Shown piece by piece: positions 50,247 through 60,725 of a stretch of 64,000 nucleotides of DNA. The position numbers were made by a program, and so were the translations under genes. Position 1 is the first letter of the stretch; each line of letters opens with the position of its first letter. Source of the DNA: Bdellovibrionota bacterium (lineage in GTDB: Bacteria; Bdellovibrionota; UBA1018; CAIPTA01; JAALKR01); contig CBDBMJ010000001.1 of NCBI GenBank assembly GCA_965207455.1, forward strand, positions 1,152,001-1,216,000, written 5' to 3'. Below the pieces are notes generated by a model. That model ran no database searches. It was not told where the DNA came from and was given only the letters and a program-made list of their open reading frames with translations.

Positions 50247-50858
50247 ATGTCCATTAGCGCAACTCAAGTAAAAGAACTTCGCCAGCGAACCAGTGCTGGA
50301 ATGATGGATTGTAAAAGAGCTTTAAAGGAGACCGACGGAAACTTCGAAAAAGCCATAGAGTATTTACGAAAAAAAGGTCTCAGCAGTGCGGATAAAAAAG
50401 CAGGTCGGGCTACTCTCGAAGGAGGAATGAGTCATTATATCCATTCCAATGGTAAAATTGGAGTACTCGTGGAAGTGACCTGTGAAACCGACTTTGTGGC
50501 AAAGACGGATAAGTTCCGTACCTTCACTTCAGACATTTCCATGCACATTGCAGCCAGCGATCCCGTTTGTGTGGCCGAGAAAAACATGCCTCCAGAATTT
50601 ATTGAAAAAGAACGTTCATTTTTTCTAGCCCAAGTTAAGGAAGATCCCAGAATGGCAGGAAAGCCCGAAGACATGCTCCATAAAATTGTGGATGGGAAAG
50701 TGAAAAAAATCTACTCAGAACAGGTGCTCCTAAACCAGCCCTTCGTAAAAAATACAGATATTACTGTGGAAAGCTATTTAAAAGAAACTATTGCATCTCT
50801 TGGCGAGAATATAACCATTCGAAGGTTTGTTCGGTTCGTTCTAGGGGAGGAAAGTTAG
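50247..50858 (+). CDS. tsf: Elongation factor Ts (short form)
   Basis: VKELR..T.AGMMDCK, CETDFVA, GENITIRRF. Confidence 0.98.
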   Translation: MSISATQVKELRQRTSAGMMDCKRALKETDGNFEKAIEYLRKKGLSSADKKAGRATLEGGMSHYIHSNGKIGVLVEVTCETDFVAKTDKFRTFTSDISMHIAASDPVCVAEKNMPPEFIEKERSFFLAQVKEDPRMAGKPEDMLHKIVDGKVKKIYSEQVLLNQPFVKNTDITVESYLKETIASLGENITIRRFVRFVLGEES

Positions 50859-50869
50859 TAAGGTAAACC

Positions 50870-51604
50870 ATGTCCCAAAAAACTCCCGCCTATAAAAGGA
50901 TCTGTTTAAAATTATCGGGAGAAGCACTAGCTAGCACTAACGGTTTTGGTGTGGACTTGAAAATTCTCCAACAACTTGCCCAGGAATTAAAAGACATCCA
51001 TAGCTTGGGTGTAGAGGTGGCTGTTGTAATTGGTGGTGGAAATATTTTCAGAGGGATGTCTGCTTCAGAGGCAGGAATGGATAGAGCCAATGCGGACTAT
51101 ATGGGCATGTTGGCAACGGTGCTCAATGGGCTAGCTTTACAGGATGCTCTGGAAAAAGTCGAAGTGAAAACAAGGGTGCTTTCCGCTATTGAGATTCAGA
51201 AAATAGCCGAGCCCTATATTCGTCGTCGGGCCATACGACATTTAGAAAAGGGTCGCTTGGTAATTTTTGCTGGGGGCACGGGAAATCCGTATTTCACTAC
51301 AGACACGGCAGCCTCCTTGAGAGCCTGTGAGATAAATGCCGAAGTTCTCCTGAAGGCCACAAAAGTGGATGGGATATACGACAAAGATCCAGAGAAAAAT
51401 CCAGATGCAGTGATGTTCTCAGAAATCGACTACATGGATGTCCTGAATAAAAACTTAAAGATCATGGACTCTACGGCTATCTCTCTATGCATGGATCAGC
51501 CTCTACCCATAGTAGTCTTTAATATGCTCAAAAAGGGAACTATGCATAATGTGGTTATGGGGGAAAATACGGGCACACGAGTAGTGTCCAGTAAGAATAA
51601 ATAA
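50870..51604 (+). CDS. pyrH: UMP kinase
   Basis: [25 protein letters not shown]. Confidence 0.99.
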   Translation: MSQKTPAYKRICLKLSGEALASTNGFGVDLKILQQLAQELKDIHSLGVEVAVVIGGGNIFRGMSASEAGMDRANADYMGMLATVLNGLALQDALEKVEVKTRVLSAIEIQKIAEPYIRRRAIRHLEKGRLVIFAGGTGNPYFTTDTAASLRACEINAEVLLKATKVDGIYDKDPEKNPDAVMFSEIDYMDVLNKNLKIMDSTAISLCMDQPLPIVVFNMLKKGTMHNVVMGENTGTRVVSSKNK

Positions 51605-51630
51605 CATTTTAAACGAGAGGAAAAAAAACT

Positions 51631-52185
51631 ATGGACGATATAACAAGTAAATTTGAAGCAGGTGCTGAAAACGCCATTAAATCTTTTAAGAACCAATTGA
51701 TAAAGGTACGCACGGGCAGGGCTAGCGTATCTCTCTTGGATGGGGTGATGGTGGATTATTACGGAACGCCCACTCCCTTAAAGCAAATTGCCAACCTAGC
51801 CACCCCGGAGCCGAGTTTAATTACGGTGCAGGTATGGGAAAAAAATATTCTACCTCAAGTGGAAAAAGCTATCGTCGGTTCAAACCTGGGACTAACTCCT
51901 CAGAATGATGGCAAGCTCATTCGTCTGCCCATTCCACCTCTTTCAGAGGAACGACGGAAAACCTTGGTAAAGCAGGCAAAAAAACTTGGAGAGGATTGTA
52001 AAATTGCCATTCGTAACCAACGTAGAGATGCCAATGAAACCTTGAAAAATCGAGAGAAGCAAAAGGAATTGTCCAAAGATGATTACTCTCGAGGTCAAGA
52101 ACAAGTGCAAAAGAAAACCGACTTCTATATAAAGCAGGTCGACGAGTTCATCCAACAAAAGGAAAAAGAAATTTTAACGGTATAG
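51631..52185 (+). CDS. frr: Ribosome recycling factor
   Basis: RTGRA, YYG.PTPL, PPLSEERRK, RNQRRDAN. Confidence 0.98.
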   Translation: MDDITSKFEAGAENAIKSFKNQLIKVRTGRASVSLLDGVMVDYYGTPTPLKQIANLATPEPSLITVQVWEKNILPQVEKAIVGSNLGLTPQNDGKLIRLPIPPLSEERRKTLVKQAKKLGEDCKIAIRNQRRDANETLKNREKQKELSKDDYSRGQEQVQKKTDFYIKQVDEFIQQKEKEILTV

Positions 52186-52186
52186 C

Positions 52187-52954
52187 ATGGAAGGTCACCA
52201 CCACACTATCCGCCATATTGCTGTTATTATGGACGGAAATGGACGCTGGGCTAAACAACAGGGTCACCCCCGATCTTTTGGTCATGTGAAGGGCGTACAA
52301 CGGGCGCAAGACCTTGCCCGTGAATGTGCAAGGATGAATATCCATGCACTCACCCTCTATGCTTTTTCCACAGAAAATTGGCTCCGCCCGAAAGCAGAGA
52401 TTGATTTCTTAATGAAAATTTTAAAACGCTACTTAGTGACAGAACGAAAAGAGATACTAAACAATAATATTCGCTTCCAGTCCATTGGCTGCCGCAAACA
52501 GCTCCCCGAAGATGCTATCGAACAGATTAACTCACTGGAGAAAGAGTCGAAAAAAAATACGGGCATGATCCTAAGCCTAGCCCTGTCCTACGGGAGTAGG
52601 CAAGAAATCACAAGTTCTGTGCAAGCTATTGCTGAAAAAATACAATCGGGAGCCCTCACTCCCAGAGAAATAACTGAAAAAAATATCGAAGAATCTCTTT
52701 TCACCCATGCACTACCCAACCTAGATCTACTAATACGCACGGGTGGAGAACAGCGAATTAGTAATTTTCTTCTATGGCAACTTGCCTACGCCGAATTATA
52801 TTTTACCGACGTTTGTTGGCCAGACTTTACCACAGACGAACTCCAAAAAGCCCTTTCCTCATTTGCGAATCGGGAACGACGTTTTGGAAACCTCCCTCAA
52901 ACCACCTCAACAACCCAACCCAACTCCACACAACCAACCCACACCCAGCCATGA
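52187..52954 (+). CDS. uppS: Undecaprenyl diphosphate synthase
   Basis: HIAVIMDGNGRWA, YAFSTENW, IRTGGEQRISNFLLWQ. Confidence 0.98.
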   Translation: MEGHHHTIRHIAVIMDGNGRWAKQQGHPRSFGHVKGVQRAQDLARECARMNIHALTLYAFSTENWLRPKAEIDFLMKILKRYLVTERKEILNNNIRFQSIGCRKQLPEDAIEQINSLEKESKKNTGMILSLALSYGSRQEITSSVQAIAEKIQSGALTPREITEKNIEESLFTHALPNLDLLIRTGGEQRISNFLLWQLAYAELYFTDVCWPDFTTDELQKALSSFANRERRFGNLPQTTSTTQPNSTQPTHTQP

Positions 52955-53781
52955 GCAATAGAGAACACCAACTGCGATGGATTACTGCCAGTATTGGACT
53001 TGCCCTACTGGGATCTATCTATTACCTCTTCACCCACACAGGCCTTACTGTAATTGTTGCGGTCATCTCAGTGGTGGCCTATTTTGAACTCTTGCAATTC
53101 TCACTGCATACAGAAAATACGCCTCAACAACGAAGAAAAAAGCTATACTTGGGTGTCATTGCTGCTTTGATTTTTCTCTCTCCGCTGCCCAACGCCCAGT
53201 ACTACAGCCTCCTTTGTATTCTCCTCTCCACCGTCTTTTTTGCCCAAACAGGTAATTTGAAAATACACCTAGGGGACACTGTTATCTCCATTTTTGGCCT
53301 CACCTATATTCTGGGATTCCTAACCTTTATCCCCAAAATTCATGCTCTCCCCCAAGGTCCAATGTGGCTCATAACATTTCTTCTTATAATATGGATGGGA
53401 GATGCCATGGCTTACTATGGAGGGCGAATGTTAGGTCGACGGAAATTCTCACCCACGATTAGCCCCAATAAAACATGGGAAGGTTTCTTTTCAGGCCTAG
53501 TGGGAGCCATGCTCGTAACCATGCTTGTAGGTGTCAGCCCATACAATATAAGCGCTAACTCAGGTAGTGCGAGTATCTTCATATTCCTAGCTATGGGAGC
53601 CGTCACCTCTGCCATTGCCCAGGCGGGCGACCTCCTAGAGTCCTTACTAAAGCGTGTGGGAAATGTAAAAGATAGTGGCTCTTTGCTACCTGGACACGGA
53701 GGCGTACTGGACCGATTTGATAGTTGTATCCTAGCAGCCCCTTTTTACTACTTTTTTCTCGAATTTTTTCTAGCTATGTAA
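52951..53781 (+). CDS. cdsA: Phosphatidate cytidylyltransferase
   Basis: ISPNKTWEG, GDLLESLLKR..VKDSG.LLPGHGGVLDRFDS; start moved to the ATG at 52951. Confidence 0.97.
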   Translation: MSNREHQLRWITASIGLALLGSIYYLFTHTGLTVIVAVISVVAYFELLQFSLHTENTPQQRRKKLYLGVIAALIFLSPLPNAQYYSLLCILLSTVFFAQTGNLKIHLGDTVISIFGLTYILGFLTFIPKIHALPQGPMWLITFLLIIWMGDAMAYYGGRMLGRRKFSPTISPNKTWEGFFSGLVGAMLVTMLVGVSPYNISANSGSASIFIFLAMGAVTSAIAQAGDLLESLLKRVGNVKDSGSLLPGHGGVLDRFDSCILAAPFYYFFLEFFLAM

Positions 53782-53818
53782 TTGCATAGTCCCTTGATTC
53801 TTGCTAGCATCATAATCA

Positions 53819-55543
53819 ATGAGTCTTGAAGTGATTTATTCTTTTTTATCCTCCTTTTCCCCCCTACTGATCAAAATAGTTGGGGGGGTAACCCTTCTTT
53901 TAGTTGTGGTGGGAGTCCATGAGTTCGGTCATTTTATTTGTGCAAAATACATTGGTGCCAGAGTGGATGTTTTTTCCATCGGTTTTGGAAAACCCCTATG
54001 GAAGAAAAAATGGGGAGAAACGGAATACTGTCTTTGTCCCATTCCTCTAGGCGGTTATGTGAAAATATATGGCCACGAAATGGAAGAGGTGGAAGCGGAT
54101 CCTAACCCACAGCCGGACCGAGCTCTCTATAATAAATCCCTGCCGGGACGAATACTTGTCTTCTCTGGCGGCCCCATAATTAATTTACTGCTAGCCGTAG
54201 GGATTTTCTCCTTTTTAGCCTTTATTGGAGTGGAGCAACCCCCTGCCATCGCCACACGAGTAGTGACCTATTCTCCTGCATGGACCGCTGGTCTACGATC
54301 CGGGGATCGTATTGTGAGTGTGAACAATAAAGAAGTTATAAAATTTATGGATGTTCAAAGCATCATATCCAAAAATCCCAATACAAAAATACCATTCCAG
54401 ATAAAGCGAGGAGAAAAACTCCTCAATATAATGGTAGCCATTCAAGGTAAAGAGTCCTACTCCCCTTATGGAGAAACGATTACGTCAGGGAAATTAGATT
54501 ATTTCTCCCCATTCGGTCTGGAACCAGTGGTGGGAAGTACGGTGGAGAAAAATGCTTGGAACCTGAAGCCTGAAGATAAAATCCTGTCTATCAATAATAA
54601 GAAAGTCCATTCCTGGGAAGATATAGAAAGCTTCTTAGAGAAGAACTTAAAATCCCTGCCTCCCAAGCTAACCTTTACTGTACAGCGAGGAAAGGAAACC
54701 TTAACCGTAGATACTCCTAACCTTTCTTGGCTATATAAGCGAATAAACCGGGAGTGGAACGCACAACGACTCATGGAAACTGTGGGACTGTATAGCAAAG
54801 AGCTTTTTGTGGGCGAACTACTCCCTGGAGGACCGGCAGAAAAAGCAGGGATACAGCCCGGAGATCGGATCATTAGCATCAATAATAAGAAAATCTATAG
54901 CTTTGAACAATTACGGGCATCCATCCAAATAGCTGGCATAGAAGATAAAAACAAACAAGCCAAGGAAAACCCACAGGTACAATTGCTGATCGAAAGAAAA
55001 GGCAAAACAAAACAAATTACATCTAACCTGCAAGTCAACAGTAAAAAAGATCCTTTGGGCAAATTAGTTGTCACCTATGCGATTGGAATTCTCTCCAAGG
55101 TTGTCCCCATAAAACCCAAGGAAATTATCTTGGAAAGAACCCTCAATCCCTTTAAAGCTCTTTGGGCTGGTATACAAGAGACGAGCAGTAAAACAGTTAT
55201 GACAGTAATCGGTCTAAAAAAATTCGTCTTTGGAGAAGTGTCCTCCCGCGCCCTTAGCGGTCCCATCATGATTCTCACTATAGCTGGAAACTCTTTCCAT
55301 AACGGTCTACGGCAGTTTATCAACCTAATGGCCTATATCTCCATTGCCCTTGGTGTTTTTAATCTCATCCCCCTTCCTGTGCTCGACGGCGGACATATCC
55401 TGTTTGCTCTTATCGAAGGCGTACGAGGAAAGCCCCTATCCCCTGTCATAGTACAAAATGCAATGAAGCTAGGAGTTTCTCTCCTGATACTTCTCATGCT
55501 CTTTGCCACCTATAACGATCTATTAAAAATCTTCAGTTTTTAA
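53819..55543 (+). CDS. rseP: RIP metalloprotease RseP (PDZ domains)
   Basis: HEFGH, PLGGYV, NLIPLPVLDGG; repeated GD(R/K)I.S(V/I)N PDZ motifs. Confidence 0.96.
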   Translation: MSLEVIYSFLSSFSPLLIKIVGGVTLLLVVVGVHEFGHFICAKYIGARVDVFSIGFGKPLWKKKWGETEYCLCPIPLGGYVKIYGHEMEEVEADPNPQPDRALYNKSLPGRILVFSGGPIINLLLAVGIFSFLAFIGVEQPPAIATRVVTYSPAWTAGLRSGDRIVSVNNKEVIKFMDVQSIISKNPNTKIPFQIKRGEKLLNIMVAIQGKESYSPYGETITSGKLDYFSPFGLEPVVGSTVEKNAWNLKPEDKILSINNKKVHSWEDIESFLEKNLKSLPPKLTFTVQRGKETLTVDTPNLSWLYKRINREWNAQRLMETVGLYSKELFVGELLPGGPAEKAGIQPGDRIISINNKKIYSFEQLRASIQIAGIEDKNKQAKENPQVQLLIERKGKTKQITSNLQVNSKKDPLGKLVVTYAIGILSKVVPIKPKEIILERTLNPFKALWAGIQETSSKTVMTVIGLKKFVFGEVSSRALSGPIMILTIAGNSFHNGLRQFINLMAYISIALGVFNLIPLPVLDGGHILFALIEGVRGKPLSPVIVQNAMKLGVSLLILLMLFATYNDLLKIFSF

Positions 55544-56212
55544 ATGGAAAAACAATTAGCGCTGGATACATCCACATCACGTCCCACAGTAGCTCTCTTG
55601 GACGGAGAAACATTAGTAGAAGAATGGATGGGTCCCAGTGGTCCATTCCACGGAGAAACGTTACTCCTAGGCATAGACACCCTTCTCAAGCAAAATAAAT
55701 GGACCTTGGGCCACCTAGATTTTATTAGCCTTGGAATAGGGCCGGGAACTTTTACGGGACTACGAATTGGAGTCATCAGTGCAAAATTTTTAGCCGACAC
55801 ACAAAATATTCCTATTGCCCCCGCCTCTTCTCTCCACGCACAAGCTTTAAATGCCCTAGATTTTTCCCATGATGCTCGCCGTGTTTGGTCCATCAGTGAT
55901 GCCAAAAGAAAAGAAGTCTACGCGTACGCCTGCCCCATAAAAGAACTCTCTCCCCAAACGCCGGAAAAAGAAGAATTTTCCCAAACGCCCCAAGCCCTAG
56001 CTCAGATCATGGAACAAGGCGACCTACTCATCGGAGAGGGCACCCTTAATTATAAAAACGCATGGCCCAAATACGCCCAACACGCGCCACTGGAGCACCT
56101 ATTTCTACGAGCAAAGCATATCGGTCTTGTGGGTAGAGAAAAAATACGACACAACGGGGGCTTGCCAGCCGTGGAAATAATGGCTAAGTATATGAAAACA
56201 GAAAAATTCTAA
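55544..56212 (+). CDS. tsaB: tRNA t6A biosynthesis protein TsaB
   Basis: LALDTST, GPGTFTGLRIG, DAKRKEVY. Confidence 0.93.
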   Translation: MEKQLALDTSTSRPTVALLDGETLVEEWMGPSGPFHGETLLLGIDTLLKQNKWTLGHLDFISLGIGPGTFTGLRIGVISAKFLADTQNIPIAPASSLHAQALNALDFSHDARRVWSISDAKRKEVYAYACPIKELSPQTPEKEEFSQTPQALAQIMEQGDLLIGEGTLNYKNAWPKYAQHAPLEHLFLRAKHIGLVGREKIRHNGGLPAVEIMAKYMKTEKF

Positions 56213-57894
56213 TGGCAAAAGTACTAAAAAAAACCAAAGCACCCATACAGGTGCAATTCAATATTCAATCCCCAGAAACCCACCGGATCCAGGTGACCCT
56301 AACAGGCGCACTCCCCCAGTCCATTATTTTTCCCGTTTGGACTCCCGGCTCCTACCTTGTGAGAGAATATTCCCGTCATATTACTAACGTCACTGGAGCA
56401 AAGAAAATAAATAAAAACACTTGGCAACGAAATTCCTCAAAAAAAATCACCTACGAGGTGTACTGCCATGAAGCAACAGTACGGACTTCCTTCCTTAATC
56501 ACCAGTACGGTGTGCTTGTGGGTGCGACCCTACTGCCCCTCTTGAATAAAAACTTTTCTGTGGAAATGCTTTTCCCAAAACATTGGAATTTTTTAGCCAC
56601 TTCCCTTGCCCATAAGAAAATAAAAAATGGTCACTGGATTTTACAGGCAAACAATGATGACGAGTGGATTGATTCCCCCATACTGGCTGCCTCCAGCCCC
56701 CGTTTTGGAAATAGTTTCTCCTTCCAGTCGAAAAACAAAGATCATCGAGTGAGCTGGGTGGGTGTGGAACCCCATTGGAAACAAGCAGAGATACGGGAAG
56801 ACTTAAAAAAAATAACAGAGCATACACAAAAGATGTTTGGCGGATCCCCTTTTCGACAGTATGATTTCCTATTGCATTTTTTACCCAAACACTATGGCGG
56901 ACTGGAACATCGTACAAGCCAACTCTCCCAATTCGATCCCTATCAGCTAAGCGATAAAACCGGTTACAGTAAACTGTTAACTCTCTTAACCCATGAGTAT
57001 TTTCATGCTTGGAATATTAAATCCCTGCGCCCCATTGCCCTGGGACCTTTCGACTATTCCCAGGAAAACTATACGGAAGAACTGTGGTTTGCAGAAGGGC
57101 TCACCTGCTATTTTGAAAAAGAAATTCCGTGGAAAGTAAAAATAAAAACAAACAAGTCCTATTGGAGCGACCGGCTCAAAGAATCCAGCTTTATGGCAGA
57201 TGGACTCCCCTCTCAGCAAAGACGATCCGTTGCAGAATCCAGCTTTGATGCCTGGATCCGATTCTACCGACCAGACGAGGACTCTCCCAACACAGATGTA
57301 CATTATTATATTAAAGGTGCTCAAATAGCTTGGTGCTGGGATGCTTACTTACAAAAAAAGACTGCTGGTAAATGGCGTTTAAGTAAACTCATGGGAGCGT
57401 TTTGGAGGGAGTTTGGCATCAGTGCCAGTATCCCTCTCCAAGAAGCCTCTCCGGGCTACACTCGACAGGAAATTCTCCAGTTTGCAGAAAAAGTAACAGG
57501 CCTACCCCATAGAAAAATAAACCAATGGGTAACGGAAAGAAAACCCGCACCTTGGCGAGAGGCTGCAGCCTTTTTTAAAGTAAAGTTTCAGAAAAAAATA
57601 AAATCCCCTCATAAGCATTACCTGGGAATGGAATGCAGCGAAAAACCCAATCAAGTAACTATTAAAGTTGTTTTCTCTCACGGCACAGCAGAATCTAGTG
57701 GTATGTCTCCGGGAGATGAATTGCTTGTTATAGATGACAGGAGAGTTGATTCAGTGGACACACTCAACCGCATCATTGAACGGAATACAAAAACAACACT
57801 CACAGTCACCCTTGCTCGATGGGGTCAAATCTATACCACAAAAATCAACATAAAAGCCCACAAGGAATTGGGCATAGAATACACAAGTGCCTGA
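56212..57894 (+). CDS. M61 family metallopeptidase with PDZ domain
   Basis: PVWTPGSY, GGLEH, HEYFHAWN, WFAEG. Confidence 0.93.
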   Translation: MAKVLKKTKAPIQVQFNIQSPETHRIQVTLTGALPQSIIFPVWTPGSYLVREYSRHITNVTGAKKINKNTWQRNSSKKITYEVYCHEATVRTSFLNHQYGVLVGATLLPLLNKNFSVEMLFPKHWNFLATSLAHKKIKNGHWILQANNDDEWIDSPILAASSPRFGNSFSFQSKNKDHRVSWVGVEPHWKQAEIREDLKKITEHTQKMFGGSPFRQYDFLLHFLPKHYGGLEHRTSQLSQFDPYQLSDKTGYSKLLTLLTHEYFHAWNIKSLRPIALGPFDYSQENYTEELWFAEGLTCYFEKEIPWKVKIKTNKSYWSDRLKESSFMADGLPSQQRRSVAESSFDAWIRFYRPDEDSPNTDVHYYIKGAQIAWCWDAYLQKKTAGKWRLSKLMGAFWREFGISASIPLQEASPGYTRQEILQFAEKVTGLPHRKINQWVTERKPAPWREAAAFFKVKFQKKIKSPHKHYLGMECSEKPNQVTIKVVFSHGTAESSGMSPGDELLVIDDRRVDSVDTLNRIIERNTKTTLTVTLARWGQIYTTKINIKAHKELGIEYTSA

Positions 57895-57905
57895 TTGCCA
57901 CTTCC

Positions 57906-57970
57906 TTGATTTATTTCTCCCCTTCTGGTATGTTCAATTCGTTATAAATTAACAATCAGTTCGTTATAAA
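57906..57970 (+). promoter_or_regulatory. Promoter plus direct-repeat operator candidate
   Basis: TTGATT-17-TATGTT followed by ttcgttataaa at 57938 and 57960. Confidence 0.5.
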
Positions 57971-57985
57971 AAAAAGGAGAAAAAC

Positions 57986-59761
57986 ATGAATCGAATACTT
58001 TTATTACTAATCATTCCCATGCTCATACTGCCCAGTTGTTCCAGTAATAGGAACAAATATAATGGAAAAAAATTCATACAAGTTCCATTAAGTGACGATG
58101 CGAAAACCCTGGACCCCGCCAACGCCTTTGACACAATTTCCCTCTCTGTAATGCCACTGGCCCTAGAGAGCCTATACCAGTATTCCTATTTCAAACGTCC
58201 CATGCAACTGGAGCCCCTGTTAGCAGAATCCATGCCCACAGTTTCCAGAGATAAAAAAACCTATACTATACGAATAAAGAAAGGGGTCTACTATACGGAC
58301 GATCCTGCCTTTCCCAACGGCAAGGGTAGAGAGTTAGAGGCCAAAGATTTTATTTATCAATGGATGCGACTCCTCCATCCCAAACTACAATCCAATGGTC
58401 CATGGATTTTTGAAGATAAGGTTGTAGGCTATTCTGAGCGAAAGAAAGAGCTCCTGAAACACAAGGGTCCATCCTATGAAGATCTTTTACTAAAACCCAT
58501 CAAAGGCTTTAGGATTTTAAATAAGCACACCATACAAATTAAACTAACCAAGCCCTACTCCCAGCTACTCTATGTACTTGCCATGGGTTTCACCGTTCCT
58601 GTACCCCAAGAGGTAGTCTTAAAATATGGTCATGAAAGCTTAAATGATAAAATGGTGGGAACAGGACCATACATTTTAAAAAGTTTTATTCGTGGATCAA
58701 AGATTGTTATGGAAAGAAATTATAATTTCCGCAAAGAAGCTTTTCCCAGCAATCCCAACAACCAAGAAATGAATCGAAAGTATGCAGGAAAAAGTGTTCC
58801 CTTTCTCGACTTCATAGAATTTAATATTATCAAAGAAGACTCCCCCTTATGGTTACAATTTCAAAAAGGAAATTTAGACTATACAGGGATTCCTAAAGAT
58901 AATTTTGATAAAGCTATTACGAATGGCATAGACCTAAGCCCTGAAATGAAAGAAAAAGGGATTCGACTCTATACATACGACCGATCCGTAATTTGGTATT
59001 TAAATTTTAATATGAAAGATAAATTACTGGGTTCCAATGTAAACCTCAGACGCGCCATTGTACGCGCTATCGACCGGGATTATATGATTAAAGTATTCCT
59101 TAATGGCAGAGGGATAAAAGCCACCAGTATTGTACCTCCTGGAATCGAGGGAAATACCGGCAGAAAGAAACTCATTGGCGACTACAATATAAAGGAAGCA
59201 GAAAACTATCTCAAATTAGCTGGATATCCTGGCGGCGCCAATCTACGCACGATCAATTTCGACCTCCGCGGCTCCAGTACCACTGCTCGTCAAAGGGGGG
59301 AATATATTAGAAGCGCACTAGAAAAAATTGGCATAAAAGTAAAAGTAATTACCAACACATTCCCCAGCTACCTACAAAAGGAAAAGAACGGAAACCTACA
59401 ATTTTTCTTTGGTGGATGGGCTGCCGATTACCCTGATTCAGAAAATTTCCTGCAACTCCTATACGGTGGAAATGTTTCTCCCGGCCCCAATGCATCTAAC
59501 TGGAAAGATGCCCAATTTGATAAACTCTACCTAAAGGCTGCCCAAATGAAACCGTCGAGAAGAAAAAATAAATTAATACGAAAAGCAGAAGGCATTGCTT
59601 TTAATAAAGCTGTATGGTCCATGCTTTATTATCCTAAGGCATTCACCCTATATCAAAAATGGATAAAGAATTATATTCCCAATGAATTTACAAATAACCA
59701 GTTGAAATATGTGGACGTGGACATGCAGGAAAAGAAAAAGATTATAAACGAGAAGTTTTAA
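57986..59761 (+). CDS. ABC transporter family-5 (oligopeptide) substrate-binding lipoprotein
   Basis: Lipobox LPSC, TLDPA, VGTGPY, LRRAI..AIDR, GWAADYPD. Confidence 0.92.
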   Translation: MNRILLLLIIPMLILPSCSSNRNKYNGKKFIQVPLSDDAKTLDPANAFDTISLSVMPLALESLYQYSYFKRPMQLEPLLAESMPTVSRDKKTYTIRIKKGVYYTDDPAFPNGKGRELEAKDFIYQWMRLLHPKLQSNGPWIFEDKVVGYSERKKELLKHKGPSYEDLLLKPIKGFRILNKHTIQIKLTKPYSQLLYVLAMGFTVPVPQEVVLKYGHESLNDKMVGTGPYILKSFIRGSKIVMERNYNFRKEAFPSNPNNQEMNRKYAGKSVPFLDFIEFNIIKEDSPLWLQFQKGNLDYTGIPKDNFDKAITNGIDLSPEMKEKGIRLYTYDRSVIWYLNFNMKDKLLGSNVNLRRAIVRAIDRDYMIKVFLNGRGIKATSIVPPGIEGNTGRKKLIGDYNIKEAENYLKLAGYPGGANLRTINFDLRGSSTTARQRGEYIRSALEKIGIKVKVITNTFPSYLQKEKNGNLQFFFGGWAADYPDSENFLQLLYGGNVSPGPNASNWKDAQFDKLYLKAAQMKPSRRKNKLIRKAEGIAFNKAVWSMLYYPKAFTLYQKWIKNYIPNEFTNNQLKYVDVDMQEKKKIINEKF

Positions 59762-60546
59762 TGAAATGGGACTATTCTCTTACTGGCAATGGTCCCACTA
59801 TTCTTCTCATACACGGTCTATTTGGCTCCCGACAAACTCTGGGCAGCCTAGCACACCACTTAAAAAATAACTTTCAAGTCCTTAGCCCCAGCCTTCGCAA
59901 CCATGGAGACTCCCCTTGGCTGAAAGGCATGGACTACCATAACCACGCCCAAGACTTGCTCAAACTCATGGATCAAGAAAATATACAAAAAGCTCATATT
60001 ATTGGTCATAGCATGGGAGGAAAGGCAGCCATGGCCCTTGCCCTACTCCACCCTTCCCGGTGCCATAGCATGGTGGCACTGGACATAGCTCCCGTTACCT
60101 ACCCCGATACCTACCTAGATGCTTACATACAGTACCTAAAAAAAATACCTCTAGACAAGATACAAACGAGAGAAGATGCAGACACGATCTTAAAAGAAAA
60201 CATCCCCGAAAAATCCATTCGCTCTTTCCTACTCACCAACCTAGTGCACTCTGAAAACACCTACCACTGGCGATGCAACCTAGAGGAACTATACAAAAGC
60301 AGGGAAAATATTTTTGGTTTTTCCACACCAGAACTAAATACCAACCAATACACTGGACCTGCAATGTTCTTATACAGCGAAACGTCGAGCTACTTGCTTC
60401 CCAAACATATACCAACCATAGAAATGTATTTTCCCAACTCCCAACAAAAAGCCATCAAAGAGGCAGGCCATTGGATACACGCCGACCAACCAGAACAGGT
60501 GTTGGAAGAATTACAGTCGTTTCTTAGTACGAACTTCGGTAATTAA
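59761..60546 (+). CDS. Alpha/beta hydrolase (YbfF-like esterase)
   Basis: HGLFGS, RNHG, GHSMGGK, DIAP, AGHWIHAD. Confidence 0.9.
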   Translation: MKWDYSLTGNGPTILLIHGLFGSRQTLGSLAHHLKNNFQVLSPSLRNHGDSPWLKGMDYHNHAQDLLKLMDQENIQKAHIIGHSMGGKAAMALALLHPSRCHSMVALDIAPVTYPDTYLDAYIQYLKKIPLDKIQTREDADTILKENIPEKSIRSFLLTNLVHSENTYHWRCNLEELYKSRENIFGFSTPELNTNQYTGPAMFLYSETSSYLLPKHIPTIEMYFPNSQQKAIKEAGHWIHADQPEQVLEELQSFLSTNFGN

Positions 60547-60679
60547 GACAATACAAAATTGTGTTGTGATATAAATATGGTCCCCTTCGCTGAAATATTT
60601 TTTTCCCTTACTTTCAACTACTTTGTGTTACAGCAATCAACTTAACCGGATTGCTGTAACAACAAGTGTGAGGCTAAAT

Positions 60680-60717
60680 AAAAAATCCCTCTCAATTTTT
60701 TTGGAGGTTTTTTTTTC
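60680..60717. terminator. Probable bidirectional terminator
   Basis: A-run, imperfect hairpin and T-run between convergent genes. Confidence 0.5.
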
Positions 60718-60725
60718 ATTACTCG

